From Octopus vulgaris (lineage: Eukaryota), in contig OX597821.1 in NCBI GenBank assembly GCA_951406725.2, positions 7,378,001 to 7,442,000 on the forward strand: a stretch of DNA of 64,000 nt. The letters run 5' to 3'. The notes under the pieces are model-generated. The model worked only from the letters and a program-made list of their open reading frames with translations, ran no database searches and was not told the origin of the DNA. This document shows positions 12,870 through 26,125 of this stretch, piece after piece. The position numbers and the translations under genes are program-made. The first letter of the stretch is position 1, and every line of letters begins with the position of its first letter.

Positions 12870-13409
12870 CCCCTCTCTCTCTTTGTGTCTGTTTATCTCT
12901 TTCCTCCCTCTCTCTTTGTGTCTGTTTATCTCTTTCCTCCCTCTCTCTTTGTGTCTGTTTATCTCTTTCCTCCCTCTCTCTTTGTGTCTGTTTATCTCTT
13001 TCCTCCCTCTCTCTTTGTGTCTGTTTATCTCTTTCCTCCCTCTCTCTTTGTGTCTGTTTATCTCTTTCCTCCCTCTCTCTTTGTGTCTGTTTATCTCTTT
13101 CCTCCCTCTCTCTTTGTGTCTGTTTATCTCTTTCCTCCCTCTCTCTTTGTGTCTGTTTATCCCTTTCCTCCCTCTCTCTTTGTGTCTGTTTATCTCTTTC
13201 CTCCCTCTCTCTTTGTGTCTGTTTATCTCTTTCCTCCCTCTCTCTTTGTGTCTGTTTATCTCTTTCCTTCCTCTCTCTTTGTGTCTGTTTATCTCTTTCC
13301 TCCCTCTCTCTTTGTGTCTGTTTATCTCTTTCCTCCCTCTCTCTTTGTGTCTGTTTATCTCTTTCCTCCCTCTCTCTTTGTGTCTGTTTATCTCTTTCCT
13401 CCCTCTCTC
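12870..13409. repeat. 33-bp pyrimidine-rich minisatellite, about 16 copies
   Basis: Unit CTTTGTGTCTGTTTATCTCTTTCCTCCCTCTCT; explains the 11-aa periodic ORFs. Confidence 0.97.
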
Positions 13410-14539
13410 ATGCTTGAACTAGTTTAACTTCTTTGCTGAATGATAAATCTCATTCCATCCATGCCATTCACTCCCTACTCCCACTCTTCCGTTCTGGTGT
13501 TTTGATAAGACATCAGGTCAAAGGTCACTGAGGGAGGTTGTGTTTTGTTTATCTAAAAGAAAAAGAAAGGAAGAGGGACTAAACTGTTAATATAATCCAT
13601 TGTTTGTTTACTTTGTATTAACACAATCCTCATTTTTATGTTTATTAAATCTGCCCCAGCTGTCTGACTGTCTGTCTGCCAATGCCATTGGAGTTGCCCT
13701 ACTCTTGTTCAGGTCAGGAATTACTTGATGTAACATTGTAAACATATGCACATATATACATAGATTGCATATATATGCATATATACAGGGTGTGTAAGGT
13801 ATTTGAGGACATAGCTTTTTGGGGTCATTGCTGCATTTTTTGCTAACCCTGTATAATCTTTGTTTCAAAAAATACTAATGGCAGACCCTCAGCTTACTCA
13901 AGAAATGAAAAGGCATGCTGTTATTGTGTTTATAAAGGTTGAGTATAGCGATTTAGAAATATGACATTCTCTTTCTTTAATCTTTCTACTTTCCTCTGTT
14001 ATCTCCCTTATACCTTCCGCTCTCTCCCCCTCTAGTTCTTTCCCTAATTCTTCAATCCCTCTGTTCCTCCCACGTGACCGGTGCTCGGCCAAGCATGGAT
14101 CTTTCTTTCTTGGCTTGACCGCCGCTCGCACAACACCTTATTTTCCTGTCTCCTGACTTTCATCTATGTTTGTTGCTCTAAGGCTTCCACTTCACACATC
14201 AGCTTAACTTATCCTTTTAGTCGAAAGACACCTGTTGTTATTCTTGTTGTTAGTATTTTGTAATCATGTAATATTTTCTCATTTTTGTTTTGCCTGTGTT
14301 GTCGCACATATTCGCCTGCTTTCATCCCAAAATTTAATGCCCTTAGCTTACATTTTTGGGACCTACCAATTTTACACAGTTTCAAGTGTAACAGGCCGAA
14401 ACTGTAGTGATAATCGGAAGCTTGACTGACGAATTGAAAGCCACAAATGTTCTGTCCTGGTTTTCCTGTCTGTCCTTGTATCATCCATCTGTCCATATGT
14501 TTTTATTGTCATCTGTTATGTTCTTGTTCCATTTTTTGG

Positions 14540-14575
<36 letters not shown>

Positions 14576-14932
14576 ACACACACACACACTCACATTGCAT
14601 TGTATATATACACATACAGACATACATTGTATGTATATATATATATATGTATACATACACACACATTGCAGATATACACAAGCACACATGCATATTGCAT
14701 ACACACACAGCACACTCTACATACATATTTACACTACATTGCATGCTGTGTTTAATTGGTGTTGGCCATGGTTGGGATCGGAATCCCAGGGTGGAATTTG
14801 AACTCACAATGTAAAGAGTTGGAGCAATTACAGCAAAGCATTCCACCTGCCACTCTATTGCTCTGGACTAATGGTACTTTGTTTACCAACCGCCAAAGGA
14901 CAACAGTCCAAGTTGTGTACTGCTTGTGTTAA

Positions 14933-15474
14933 AGCTTTTAGAATTAAGATTACTCTGTCAAACATAATACTAATTTATTCACCTCGTTATGAATTAATCA
15001 TGCACTGTCTCATAGATTTGAGATTTTAATGATGCGATTGTTTATTTATAGAATGACAATGTAGGGTAGGTTTGAGAGGCTCAATCTGGTGGGCTTGCAC
15101 ATAAAATGGGAATAATATTTAGACCAGATATGACTGTGACCGACCAGGCTATCAGATGTTGCTAAACATCGCTGGTCACAATGCGCTTCGCATTGTTTTT
15201 TAACCTTCAATTGATGCCACCCTGCTGGCTAAGCAAGCAAGCCAACAGAAGAAAGTGAGAGAGAAAGTTGTGGCGAAAGAGTACAGCAGAGATCACCACC
15301 CCACCCCCTGCCAGAGCCTCATGGAGCTTTAGGTGTTTTCACTCAATAAACACTCACAGCACCCATTCTGGGAATCAAAACCGCGATCCTACAACTGCGA
15401 GTCCGCTGCCCTAACCTCTGGGCCATTGCGCCTCCACATTTAGACCAGATATGACTGGTTTAAATGCTAAAGCG
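14933..15474. mobile_element. piggyBac-like MITE split by a family D SINE
   Basis: Homologous to 34934-35154 in reverse orientation; ends AATGCTAAAGCG-TTAA. Confidence 0.7.
15137..15437 (-). mobile_element. Family D tRNA-derived SINE (tail type 1) with 20-bp TSD
   Basis: Head GGAGGCGCAATGGCCCAG..GTTAGGGCAGCGGACTCGC..TTTTGATTCCC; TSD ATTTAGACCAGATATGACTG at 15117-15136 and 15438-15457. Confidence 0.9.
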
Positions 15475-16126
15475 TTAACGAGTGGGATGTGATACAGTGA
15501 TGAAGGCTGTTTCTTCCCCTATTACAGTGGCCTTTGCTCTTCGGAGATGGTTGCTCTTGTACTACTTTCATGCTGGCATGTTCGACTCCCTCATCTCCCC
15601 TTCTCCTCGTTACTCATGTTGTGTCCACCCGCTTCCCCCATCCAGTCCCCTCACTAACCATCACATTTTTGTGAAGATGGTGCAAGCTCTCTTAAAGTCG
15701 AGAGTTCTTTCTGTTGAAATATCATCATGGCTTTGTCTGTTATAATCCTTTCATGAATGTTGGTGCCCTCTGGAATTTTGTCTCTTGACATATTTTTCCT
15801 GCAGGTTTCAAATTGAAACCTGCACTATAAGTGTCATTAGTTTTGGTTTAAAGTGGAAACAATCCCACTGGTGTGTGTGTGTGTAAGCAAAATACAATCA
15901 TCCAATTGTCTAGTAGGGTACTAACGTTGAATGAGAACTAATTCAAATTGTAATTACTCACCTAACCCACTAGGATGGAAAACAGAAGTAATATGATTAT
16001 ATGTATATGTATGTATACATGTGAGTATATATATTTATATACGTGTATAAGTGATAGCTACATAATGAAAGATACTACTTAGTATATGTTTTTGTATATG
16101 TGTGTGTGTATATATATATATATATA

Positions 16127-16170
<44 letters not shown>

Positions 16171-16171
16171 T

Positions 16172-16211
<40 letters not shown>

Positions 16212-16242
16212 ACTACACATTCTTTATTTTCTCTCCTTGTTT

Positions 16243-16278
16243 CTTTCTGTGGAAGAGCATAGGCTCGAAACGTTAAAG
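16243..16278 (+). ncRNA. Degenerate hammerhead motif in a Penelope-like element (about 16222-16371; same family as 12247-12412)
   Basis: CTTT-CTGTGGA-A-GAGC(ATAG)GCTC-GAAA-CG-TT-AAAG; core deviates from CUGANGA. Confidence 0.55.
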
Positions 16279-16653
16279 ACTTTTTCACTTCCCGACCGTT
16301 ATACTAATATATCTTTTTGTTGTCAACACCACCTGTCTTCGTCTTTTGTTTTTTTTTTGTGAATTCTCCCTATATATATATATATTTTGAAGTCAACTTT
16401 GCTTTTCATTCTCCTTCTTCCTGGTTGATAATGCAAATTATTAGTTAAGCACTTGGATGACCTTGTGCCTATGTAAGAAATTACATACAGTAGTAACAGT
16501 ACTAAGCAGAGATGAGTAATAAACAAACTTTAGGTGAGTTCAAACATGTTTGTGACACTTTAACTTGTAAAGGAAAATTTACTGCATTTTTTTTTTCTTA
16601 ACGATAAACTGCAGTGAATTTGCCTTTCCAAATTAAAGTATGTCACAAACATA

Positions 16654-16914
16654 TAGTTATGGCCAAAAGTTTGTAACATAGGTCCAAAAATTAGAATTTT
16701 TATATTAAATGACCAAAGTTATATTTAATTTGCAATATATTATTACTTGGCCAAAAGTCTGGAACATAGGTCTGGAAATTTGTTCTAGATATTGAACCAT
16801 TGGATCTGTTATTAGATAAGTATGTCTCTACATTGTATATATTTGAATCAAGTTGTACTTGAGCATAGCAATTCTAATTTTTAAAAAAATGTTCCAAACT
16901 TTTGGTCATGACTG
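16654..16914. mobile_element. Tc1/mariner-like MITE
   Basis: TIRs TAGTTATGGCCAAAAGTTTGTAACAT and ATGTTCCAAACTTTTGGTCATGACTG, TA on both sides, internal direct copy of the TIR motif near 16748. Confidence 0.78.
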
Positions 16915-17084
16915 TACATCTAAACAAACCAAAGGTTTGTTTACTCCTTATCACTGCTTAATGCTGATACTACTGTATTTGTTCTCACCAGGAAGTCTGC
17001 GAATATCACCCAGTCATTGATATTGACTGTTTTAAGATAAACCTATGGCTGTATAATCTACCCAGGGTTATCTCTCTTCAGTAT

Positions 17085-17127
17085 CTCCTGCTGAGGAAGA
17101 TTAAAGAACTAGAAACATGTCCAGGAG
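17085..17127 (+). ncRNA. Minimal type I hammerhead ribozyme motif
   Basis: CTCCTG-CTGAGGA-(weak stem II)-GAAA-CATG-TC-CAGGAG: perfect 6-bp stem I, palindromic ACATGT stem III, GUC triplet. Confidence 0.68.
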
Positions 17128-18914
17128 TCAGCTAGTGGGAAACCCAGAGCTCATGAGGTATTTTTACACCTATGGTAAACCGCAATGAATTTGCCTTTAG
17201 AATTTAAAATATGTCACAAACATATTTGAACAAATCTAAATTTATTTTTGGATATATTTATATATATACATATCTATATCTATCTATCTATACACACACA
17301 CACACATGATGATGATGATGATGATATATATATATAGCTAACTGGAATCAAATGTGTATGTGTTAATATTGTTGAAAATAGGAAAGAGATATCGGCAGGA
17401 ATCAAAAGTTTTCTCTGTTTCTTCTTTTTATAACATCTTTTATCGAAGACGTGTGTTATATTTAATCTTACATTAGCAATTTCTCGTGGACAGATTCTTT
17501 GCACATGGTACCCAACCTTGCTCTTTCAGTTAACTTCTAGTCGCACACACACATGCATACACACTCTTACACAGATGTGTGTATTTGTGTGTTTCTCCTA
17601 CTTCTTGCATTCCTTATATTATCTGGTCGTTAACAAACCAGATTTGAAGCTTGATCTACTAAAATAGCTACCGAAATCTGATTTGAATTAAGCGGCTATT
17701 TTAGAGACAAAAGCCTTGAACAGAAGAATCAATGCGAAAACAAAACGGAAGCAACAAATTTGCCGAATTTTTATTTCTTCCATTTCTTTTCTTCTTCGTG
17801 GTGTTTTTTTAGAGTCTTTTTTTTTTATTACTTTTCCAGTTATAAAAAGACAGGAACAAATTGTGAGTTGTAGGATATCAGGGTGGTGTGGGCAACTTAT
17901 ATTTAGAATAATGATTTCTAGCATTGATACAAGGTCATGCATAACATTTTTGTGGGAGGTTGCTGTTGATCTAGACTGAGCCCAGTGGCAGCATTTTAGT
18001 TGCTTGTAGTAAAACGATCACAGTCTCTGTGAGTTGCTGCAGGATTTGATCTCAATATCAAAGGATATAAACCAAATACATCAGACATGAATTTTACCAT
18101 TAATCGCCTTCATTTTGATAGATGATAAGGATGAGGATGATAACAGAGGTTCCTGTTGAAGAGGATGCATTAGTGTTCAGATTTTGCTGTACAACCTGTA
18201 CAAAAGATCTGTTTATTGTGATCAAATATATTTACCATAAGTTAACTCGTGCCCTCCATTAATCTGATGTTACCTGTACAGGTGCGCAAGTGTACACATC
18301 AGATCTCAGAATGGTTGTAGAGCAATGTGAAATTAAGTGTTTTACTCAAGAATACAATGTACCGCATACTCTGGGAATCAACCCCACAATCTATTAATCA
18401 TGAGTGCGACACCCTAACCTCTAGACCATGTGCTTTAACCATAATAATAATAATAACGATAATCTTTTCTACTATGGGTACAAGGTCTGTACTTTAGTGG
18501 AATGGGGACTAGTCAATTACATTGACCCCAGTGCACAATTGGTACTTATTTTATCAACTCCGAAAGGATGGAAAGCAAATCAAACATGGTGGAATTTGAA
18601 CGCAGAATGTAAAACCAGGCCAAATGCTGTTTAACATTTTGTCCAGCATGCTAATGATTTAGCCAGCTTGTCATCTTAATAATAATAATAATAATAATAC
18701 CGTCCAACCCATGCTAGCATGGAGAACGGACGTTAAACGATGATGATGATGATGATGAATAATGATCCTTTCTGCTCTGGGCACAAGGTCTGCAATTTGG
18801 GGAAGCAGGATAGTCAATTACTCAACTGGTATTTATTTTATCAACCCTGGAAAGATGAAAGGCAAAGTCAACCTCGGCTCAGAACGTAAAGAAGAACAAA
18901 ATAACACTAAGCAT

Positions 18915-19545
18915 TGAGGCTCAGTAGTTAGAACATCAGGCTCACTATCATGAGGTAATGAGTTTGAATACGAGACTGTTCTATTTTTGAGTAAAACTTT
19001 ATTTCATGTTGCTCTTGTTCACTCAGCTGTAGAAACGAGTTGTGACATCACTGGTGCCAAGCTGTATCAGCCCCTTTGCTTTTGCCTTGGGTAACATCAG
19101 TGGCATGGAGAAGGGAGACTGATATGCCTGGGCAACTGCTAGTTTTCCCTAAACAACCTTACCTGGACTTTTGCCTTGAAAGATAACTTTCTAGGTGCAA
19201 TCCCATGGTGAAGGTGCATGGCTCAGTGGTTAGAGCGCTGTACTCACAATTATGAGGTCATGAGTTTGATTTCTGGACTGGGCTGTATGTTGTGTTCTTG
19301 AGCAAGACACTTTATTTCACATCGCTCCAGTTCACTCAGCTGTAGAAATGAGTTTCGACATCACTGGTGCCAAGCTGCATCGGCCCCTTTGCCTTTCCCT
19401 TGGATAACATCAGTGGCATGGAGAGGGGAGGCCAGTATGCAAGGATGACTGCTGGTCTTTCATAAACAACCTTGCCCAGACTTGTGCCTCGGAGGGTAAC
19501 TTTCTAGGTGAAATCCCATGGTCGTTCATGACTGAATTGAGTCTT
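18915..19545 (+). mobile_element. Two tandem family C tRNA-derived SINEs (18915-19208 and 19210-19545)
   Basis: Head GCATGGCTCAGTGGTTAGAGC..GAGTTTGATTTC, body TTCTTGAGCAAGACACTTTATTTCAC; further copies at about 24270-24575 and 47790-48215 (-). Confidence 0.85.
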
Positions 19546-20068
19546 TAAGTGTCAGATTTATTGAGGCACTGTGACGCAGAAAATACCAATTATATTCTCA
19601 TTGTCATCCTTACTAAAATAATCATGAAATTTAATTTTGTATTTGAAGGGTTAACCATCATTGGTTTTAAAGGTAAAACAGTAATATGGGTTCTCACAAT
19701 TGTAAATTGATGTAATCTTGTTTGCGTTTTGTCTGTTCTGAGAAATTTATACATTATGAACTTGTATGACTTTCCTCGTGTTTGATACCATTTGATTGCT
19801 ATAACTATGTATTTGCAATGATATCTCTTCTGCCTAATCAGTAGTAAATTTACATTTTGACATTGAATTTTAGCAGTTATTCTTCAGCAAGAACAATATG
19901 AAACTTAGTTATAGCACCTCACCTGATATGATGAAATGATAAAAGCTTTACAAATGCTTTTCCTAAATATAGACAAACCATCAGAGATACAGAACTGCAA
20001 ACGTACATACATACATACATACACATACACATGCGCACACACACACACATACACATGCATGCATGCAC

Positions 20069-20101
<33 letters not shown>

Positions 20102-20439
20102 TCATTTAATAAACATAGGGCTTAAATATGAACTACTTATAAGTTTCGTGCTCTGGTAGAACAAGTCAAATGAGCTTGTATAGCTTACCAAATAGAACAG
20201 TATATTATGTATATATACAGGGTGCATAAGATATTTGAGGAGAGATTTATATTTATGAAAAAAAACATATATAATAACAAATAATAACTTTATCATAAAA
20301 TGCTATGAGGATAAAAAATAAACCGTCTTTTCTGTAATGTTATTCAATAAAGCCACCTTCAGCTTCAACAACTGCTTCTATAAGAGATCTAAATCATCTA
20401 CATGCTTGAATCAAGTGGTCCTTGTTCATTTTGGACATT

Positions 20440-20830
20440 TTGCCCCTTTTCAATGCAGCGCAGCCAGACCAGTAGGTGTCGCTTCTGACAATCTCTGTTC
20501 GAAGGTTTTATTTACCTAGCTTCGGTGGAATACATCCACTTGTTTTCAATAATAGAAATATTAAAATTACTAAGTCTCTCTAAAAGAGAACAACGGCAGC
20601 GTTCCCGGAAAATATTAGTTATCGCCATACTAATATGGCATTCTTATAAAAATAAGAATAAAGCTGTCCGCTTATTACTGGTCTGGCTGCGCTGCATTGA
20701 AAAGGGGCAATACCCCGAAACGCGTCTGTAGCTGTCTTATGCTTGTGTCGCACAATTTTAACATCTACATACAATTTTCAAATACTGGAATATGCAGACG
20801 TACTTCACAAGGACACTGCTTGGATTCTAT
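20440..20830 (+). mobile_element. Non-autonomous Penelope-like element with a 35-bp perfect inverted repeat
   Basis: 20440-20474 is the exact reverse complement of 20676-20710; the right arm runs into a hammerhead motif; the element ends at (TA)n. Confidence 0.65.
20691..20732 (+). ncRNA. Minimal type I hammerhead ribozyme motif (UUGAAAA core variant)
   Basis: GCTGCA-TTGAAAA-GGGG(CAATA)CCCC-GAAA-CGCG-TC-TGTAGC: 6-bp stem I, 4-bp GC stem II, palindromic ACGCGT, GUC triplet. Confidence 0.68.
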
Positions 20831-20895
20831 ATATATATATCGTTGGCGATTTTCTTTCTCCGTCTTCCTTTCCTTGGACCTTTCCTTTTTCTATG

Positions 20896-20928
20896 TTTCT
20901 GACGAAGAGCTCTGCCCAATACGTTAAA
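20896..20928 (+). ncRNA. Decayed hammerhead motif in a Penelope-like element (about 20840-21025)
   Basis: TTT-CTGACGA-AGAGC(TCT)GCCC-AATA-CGTT-AAA; GAAA is mutated; related to the 12335 and 16243 motifs. Confidence 0.45.
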
Positions 20929-21553
20929 TCCTCCTTTCTTTCCTTTCCTGAGCGTCCAATAACACTATACTTGTTCCACGTCCTCGCGTTGTTGTGTTTT
21001 CTCCTTGTTCATGTTGGATTAACTTCCCCACCCCTCCTTCGTTCCTTTTTCTCTCTCTTCCTTTCTTTCGTTCCCCCCCCTTACTCAGTATATGAGAATC
21101 GCTACATAGATGTTTTTAACTTGCGTGTGAGATGGTTTGCGTGAATATATATACGCATGCATTTATGTATATATTTAGATTTATATTTATACGTCTGTAT
21201 ATGTATGGCGTTTGCACGCATCCTTCTGTGTATGTTGATATATATATGTACATTTTAATATAAATATGTATTGCAGTGTAATATTTATAACAGGTTTAAT
21301 TTCTATGCATTAATTTATATTTTCTTCATTAACGTCAATATGTATTTTATTCAATGTAAGGTTTTTTCCTCGGATTTTATAATTTTTATAAGTTTTTATA
21401 TATATATACATATATTTTTGACCTTTTTGTTTATCGCTCGAAGATTGACCGTTTTTTCTAAAGGGCCAATCAAACAAGTCCATTTCTTTTTAAAGGTGTA
21501 GCGTTTGTAAGAGTCTAGATTGAATTGATATATCGGTTCCATTCTAGCAAAAA

Positions 21554-21591
21554 CTGTCTGATGAACGGCAACGAGAAACTCAGAGTAACAG
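21554..21591 (+). ncRNA. Minimal type I hammerhead ribozyme motif
   Basis: CTGT-CTGATGA-ACG(GCAA)CGA-GAAA-CTC-A-GAG-TA-ACAG; stem I extendable by AAAA/TTTT; followed by AATAAA and TA repeats. Confidence 0.7.
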
Positions 21592-22013
21592 ATTTTGTTG
21601 AATTTTCTGCTGCTTAAAATAAAGTATATACATCATCATCATCATCATCGTTTAACGTCCGCTTTCCATGCTAGCATGGGTTGGACGGTTCAACTGGGGT
21701 CTGGCAAGCCCGAAGGCTGCACCAGGCCAGTCAGATCTGGCAGTGTTTCTACAGCTGGATGCCCTTCCTAACGCCAACCACTCCGAGAGTGTAGTATATA
21801 TATATATATTATTTATATTTATATTTATTTATATTTATATATATGTGTGTGTCTTTTATCTCTTTTACTTGTTTCAGTTATTGGACTGTGGCCATACTGG
21901 GGCATAGCTCTTCTCTCCTCTTATTCTTCTTCTTTGTCTTCATTTTCCTTCTTTTTCATTGATTACTTATTTGTTTTTTCCTTGTTTCCAAATGTTTTTT
22001 CTTTCTTGCCCAG

Positions 22014-22066
<53 letters not shown>

Positions 22067-22287
22067 ATGTGTGTGAGTAAGAGAGGGAGAAAGAGAGAGA
22101 GAGAGAGAGAGAGTATTAGTGCATGTTTCTTTGAAAGCTCTTCTAACAAGTACCTTTATGGTTCAAGATTCCATATTCCAGTGAAGAATTCATGTAGTGC
22201 ATCATCAGTTTGGCTTCCATAATATTTTTCTACCATATTCTTTACCATTATTTGAAGATTTGGTATCAGGACATACATTCATATGTT

Positions 22288-22329
<42 letters not shown>

Positions 22330-25063
22330 TGTATGAACATATATTTGAATAATAATAATAAGAATAACAAATAATTTATTCAGTGTTAATATTTGATAAT
22401 TTACACCAAGGGTTACAAGTTTATCAGCATTCACACTCATGTCAGAAAGAATTTCATGTTGAAAAGGCCGTGTGCGTGCATATGTGCATGTGTTTGTGTG
22501 CATGTAGATATCTATGTATGTGTGGGTCCATATATATGTATGTGTATGGTTATATGTATATGCACACATACACACACACACACACACAAACACACATGTA
22601 TGCATACAGATGTGAAGACAGATGATTTAAGTGTATGAAATATTTTCAAAGAACATCTGTTTAGCTCTCATTGCCGTTTTATTTATTTATTTATTTTTTA
22701 TTTATTTATCATTTGTGTTGGAAGAAGGGAAAGAAAGAGAGAAACAGAGAGAGAGAGAGAGAAAGAGTGAGAGCGAAAGAGTTCTAAAGAAGACAACTTG
22801 TTTGTAAGAATCCCCAGATATTTGTACTTGCTTGGCTGAAGTTATTGTTGAAATATTTGATACTCGTATAGATATGTATGTATGTAGTTGTATAGTTTGT
22901 ATATATGTATATGTTTACAGTATATGTGTGTATCTTGTGTGCGTTTGTGTATGAGAATTTATTTCTATATGTGAATGCTGATGTGTGTGTATGTGCTAAA
23001 CTCACACACATACATATATTTATATTATAGATATACATCACTGTGTTAATGTATTGGCCAGCTTATCAGATGTTATACACTGATAATGGTCATAATGTTC
23101 TTCCATGCATTGTTGTACCTTTTGAACAATGCCACTCTCCTTGTCAGATGACCGGACCCATTCTTCCTAAACAGGACATCAGTCTGACGCAAGATTACCC
23201 ATCTACAGCTGGCTGGCCTGAAGCAACACAAAATGAAGTGTCTTGCTCAAGAACACACTGCACCACTGGTCTCGATTGAAACTACAATCTTGCCATTGGG
23301 AGTGCAATACCCTAATCACTAGACCATGTGCCTTCAATTATTACACACACACACACACACACACACTCATATTTATAATCATCTAAAAACATTAAAATCT
23401 GTTGTACTCATTTTTCTTGGTGCCAAATTTTTTTTGTCACACCACTGGAACCTGACTCAGTTCCACTGGCGTCGTTTGAAATTACAATACTAGTGAGCCT
23501 TTGAAAGGTCTTAATGGTTTTTTTTTTCCTTTTCCTGGTGTGCTTACATCCCTGTCGCTTAGCGGCTCGGCAAAAGAGACCGATAGAATAAGTACTGGTC
23601 TTACAAAGAATAAGTCCCGGGGTCGATTTGCTCGACTAAAGGTGGTGTTCCAGCATGGCCGCAGTCAAAATGACTGAAACAAGTAAAAGAGTAAAAGAGT
23701 ATATCCACCAATTTACCCCCCCCCTCTCTTATCTTTCCTTGTCTTTTTCCTTCTCTTGTCACACTCTCTCTCTCCTAAATGTGAGTAACCATGTAGCTCT
23801 TCCATAATGAGAACCTGCTCTGCTCCAAGCTCTTCCTTCATAGCTTAACATAAATAGGGAACATCTTTTCCCTCGGGGTTTGTTGACTTGTGAACTGCAT
23901 GGTGACCTCAGGAGTGCTGGTGGTACAGAGAAAAGTACCCAGTACACACTGTAAAGTGGTTGGTCTTATGAAGGACATCCAGCTGTAGAAACTGCCAAAG
24001 CAGACCCTGGAGTACGATGCATGTTAAATGATGATGATATATGAAATTTGATATACACAAGATTTCAGTTCCGAGTCTCAATGATTGCCTCAAAATACAC
24101 AGCACACGATACAAGCTTGTCCAACCATTGTCTTATCAGAGCCATGAAACGAAAAGCTGCTCACATTTAAACCCTGTGCCTATTAATAATATTTATTTCT
24201 CACCGGATGGACTACATTTTATTGTTGACTCCACCAATAACGGAACTGTACACTAATGTATGTATGGATGGCTGGCTGGCTCAATGATCAGAATATCAAG
24301 CTCACGTTCGATTCCCATGTGTTGTGTCCTTGAGCAAAACACTTTATTTCACATTACTTCAGTTCACTTAGCTGTAGAAATGAGCTGCGACATCACTGGT
24401 GCCAAGCTGTATCAGCCCCTTTGCTTTTCCATTGGATAACATCGGTGGTATGGAAAGAGGAGGCCGGTATGCATGGTTGACTGCTGCTCTCCCATTAACA
24501 ATCCTGCCTGGACTTGTACCTCAGAAGGTAACTTTCTAGGTGCAACCCCATGGTCATTCATGACCAAAGGGCAAAGAGCATCTTTATATGTTGCGATATC
24601 ATCGTATTGATCAGACTATCAGATGTTGTTATATATCACTGGTCACAGTGCACTTAGCATTGTTTTAGCTTTTGAATGATGCCACTCTGTTGGTTAGGCA
24701 AGTAGGTCAGCATACACCCAATCGGAAGTCTATTCCATCACAGGGTTACCCATTGGCAGCTGAGTGGACTGGAGCAACATGAAATGAGTGTCTTGCTTAA
24801 AAACACAATGCATTGCCTAGTCTAGGAATTGAACCCATGATCTAGTAATTGTAAGCACAACATCCCACCCACTAGGCCACACGCCTTCACACACAAACAC
24901 ACACACACAGTAGGCTTCCACACACTTCCATCTACTAAATTCCCTCACAATGCATTGATCAGCCCAGGGCTATAATAAAAAAAACATTTGTCCATAGTGT
25001 TGCACAGTGGGACTGAACCTGAAACCATGTAGTTGCAAAGCACACAGCCATTCCTGCTCTTAT

Positions 25064-25475
25064 ATTCTTTTACCCTTTTACTTGTTTCAGTCATTTGACT
25101 GTGGTCATGCTGGAGCTCCGCCTTTAGTCGAACAAATCAACCCCAGGACTTATTTTTTTGCAAGCCTAGTACTTATTCTATCGGTCTCTTTTGTCGAACC
25201 GCTAGGTTATGGGGACGTAAACACACCAGCATCTGTTGTCAAGCGATGTTGGGGGAACAAACACAGACATACAAACACACACTCACACACACACATATAT
25301 ATATACATATATACAGCGGGCTTCTTTCAGTTTCCGTCTACCAAATCCGCTCACAAGGCTTTGGTCGGCCCAAGGCTATAGTAGAAGACACTTGCCCAAG
25401 GTGCCACGCAGTGGGACTGAACCTGGAACCATGTGGTTGGTAAGCAGGCTACTTACCACACAGCCACTCCTGCAC
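25064..25475 (-). mobile_element. Family A SINE, full length
   Basis: Matches the family A consensus; a + strand 3' half lies at 23535-23700. Confidence 0.9.
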
Positions 25476-26035
25476 CTGACATACATACATTTAATTTGTA
25501 TTCTCACGCATTTTCACTTACCTACATTGAAAATAAAAGAATAAGAAAAAAATCACATGAGCCCAAAGAGGATCTGGTGCCCCAACTCTATACACATGTC
25601 ATGTTGTCATCTGCTCCTCCCCCAAGATGGGATGTACTTTGCTGTTTGAAATCCACATCAGATGTGTTTATAATGAAAGCACAAAAGCTGTTTTTACAAG
25701 ATTCCCTCCTCTCCCCCTATATCCTCCATTTTCCCTCTCCCCTCTCTCTCTCTCCCTCCCTCTCCCCCCACCCTTTTCTTTATGTCAGTCATTCAGTCAT
25801 GTATTGTTTCTTTAACTTTTTTACTACTACTACTACTAACTCCACCACCACTCCGTTCTCATGAAGCCTTATCAATACTAAAAGATGGTGACGGGGTTGG
25901 TAGAATCGGTGGAGCATCCAACAACGTGCTTTGTGGTATTTTGTTGTAGCTCCTCCCTTCCAATTTTTCTCAGTGTCAACTTTACTCTTCGTTCTATTGG
26001 GGTGATTGAAATGAAGTGCCAGTCAACTGAGGGAT

Positions 26036-26084
<49 letters not shown>

Positions 26085-26091
26085 CAAGCAT

Positions 26092-26125
<34 letters not shown>

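Noticed and set aside
12883-13427. 179-180 aa ORFs
   Set aside because: Produced by a stop-free 33-bp minisatellite.
19210-19290. tRNA-like heads of SINE families A-D
   Set aside because: They have A/B boxes but no complete cloverleaf and continue into SINE bodies, so they are not called as tRNA genes.
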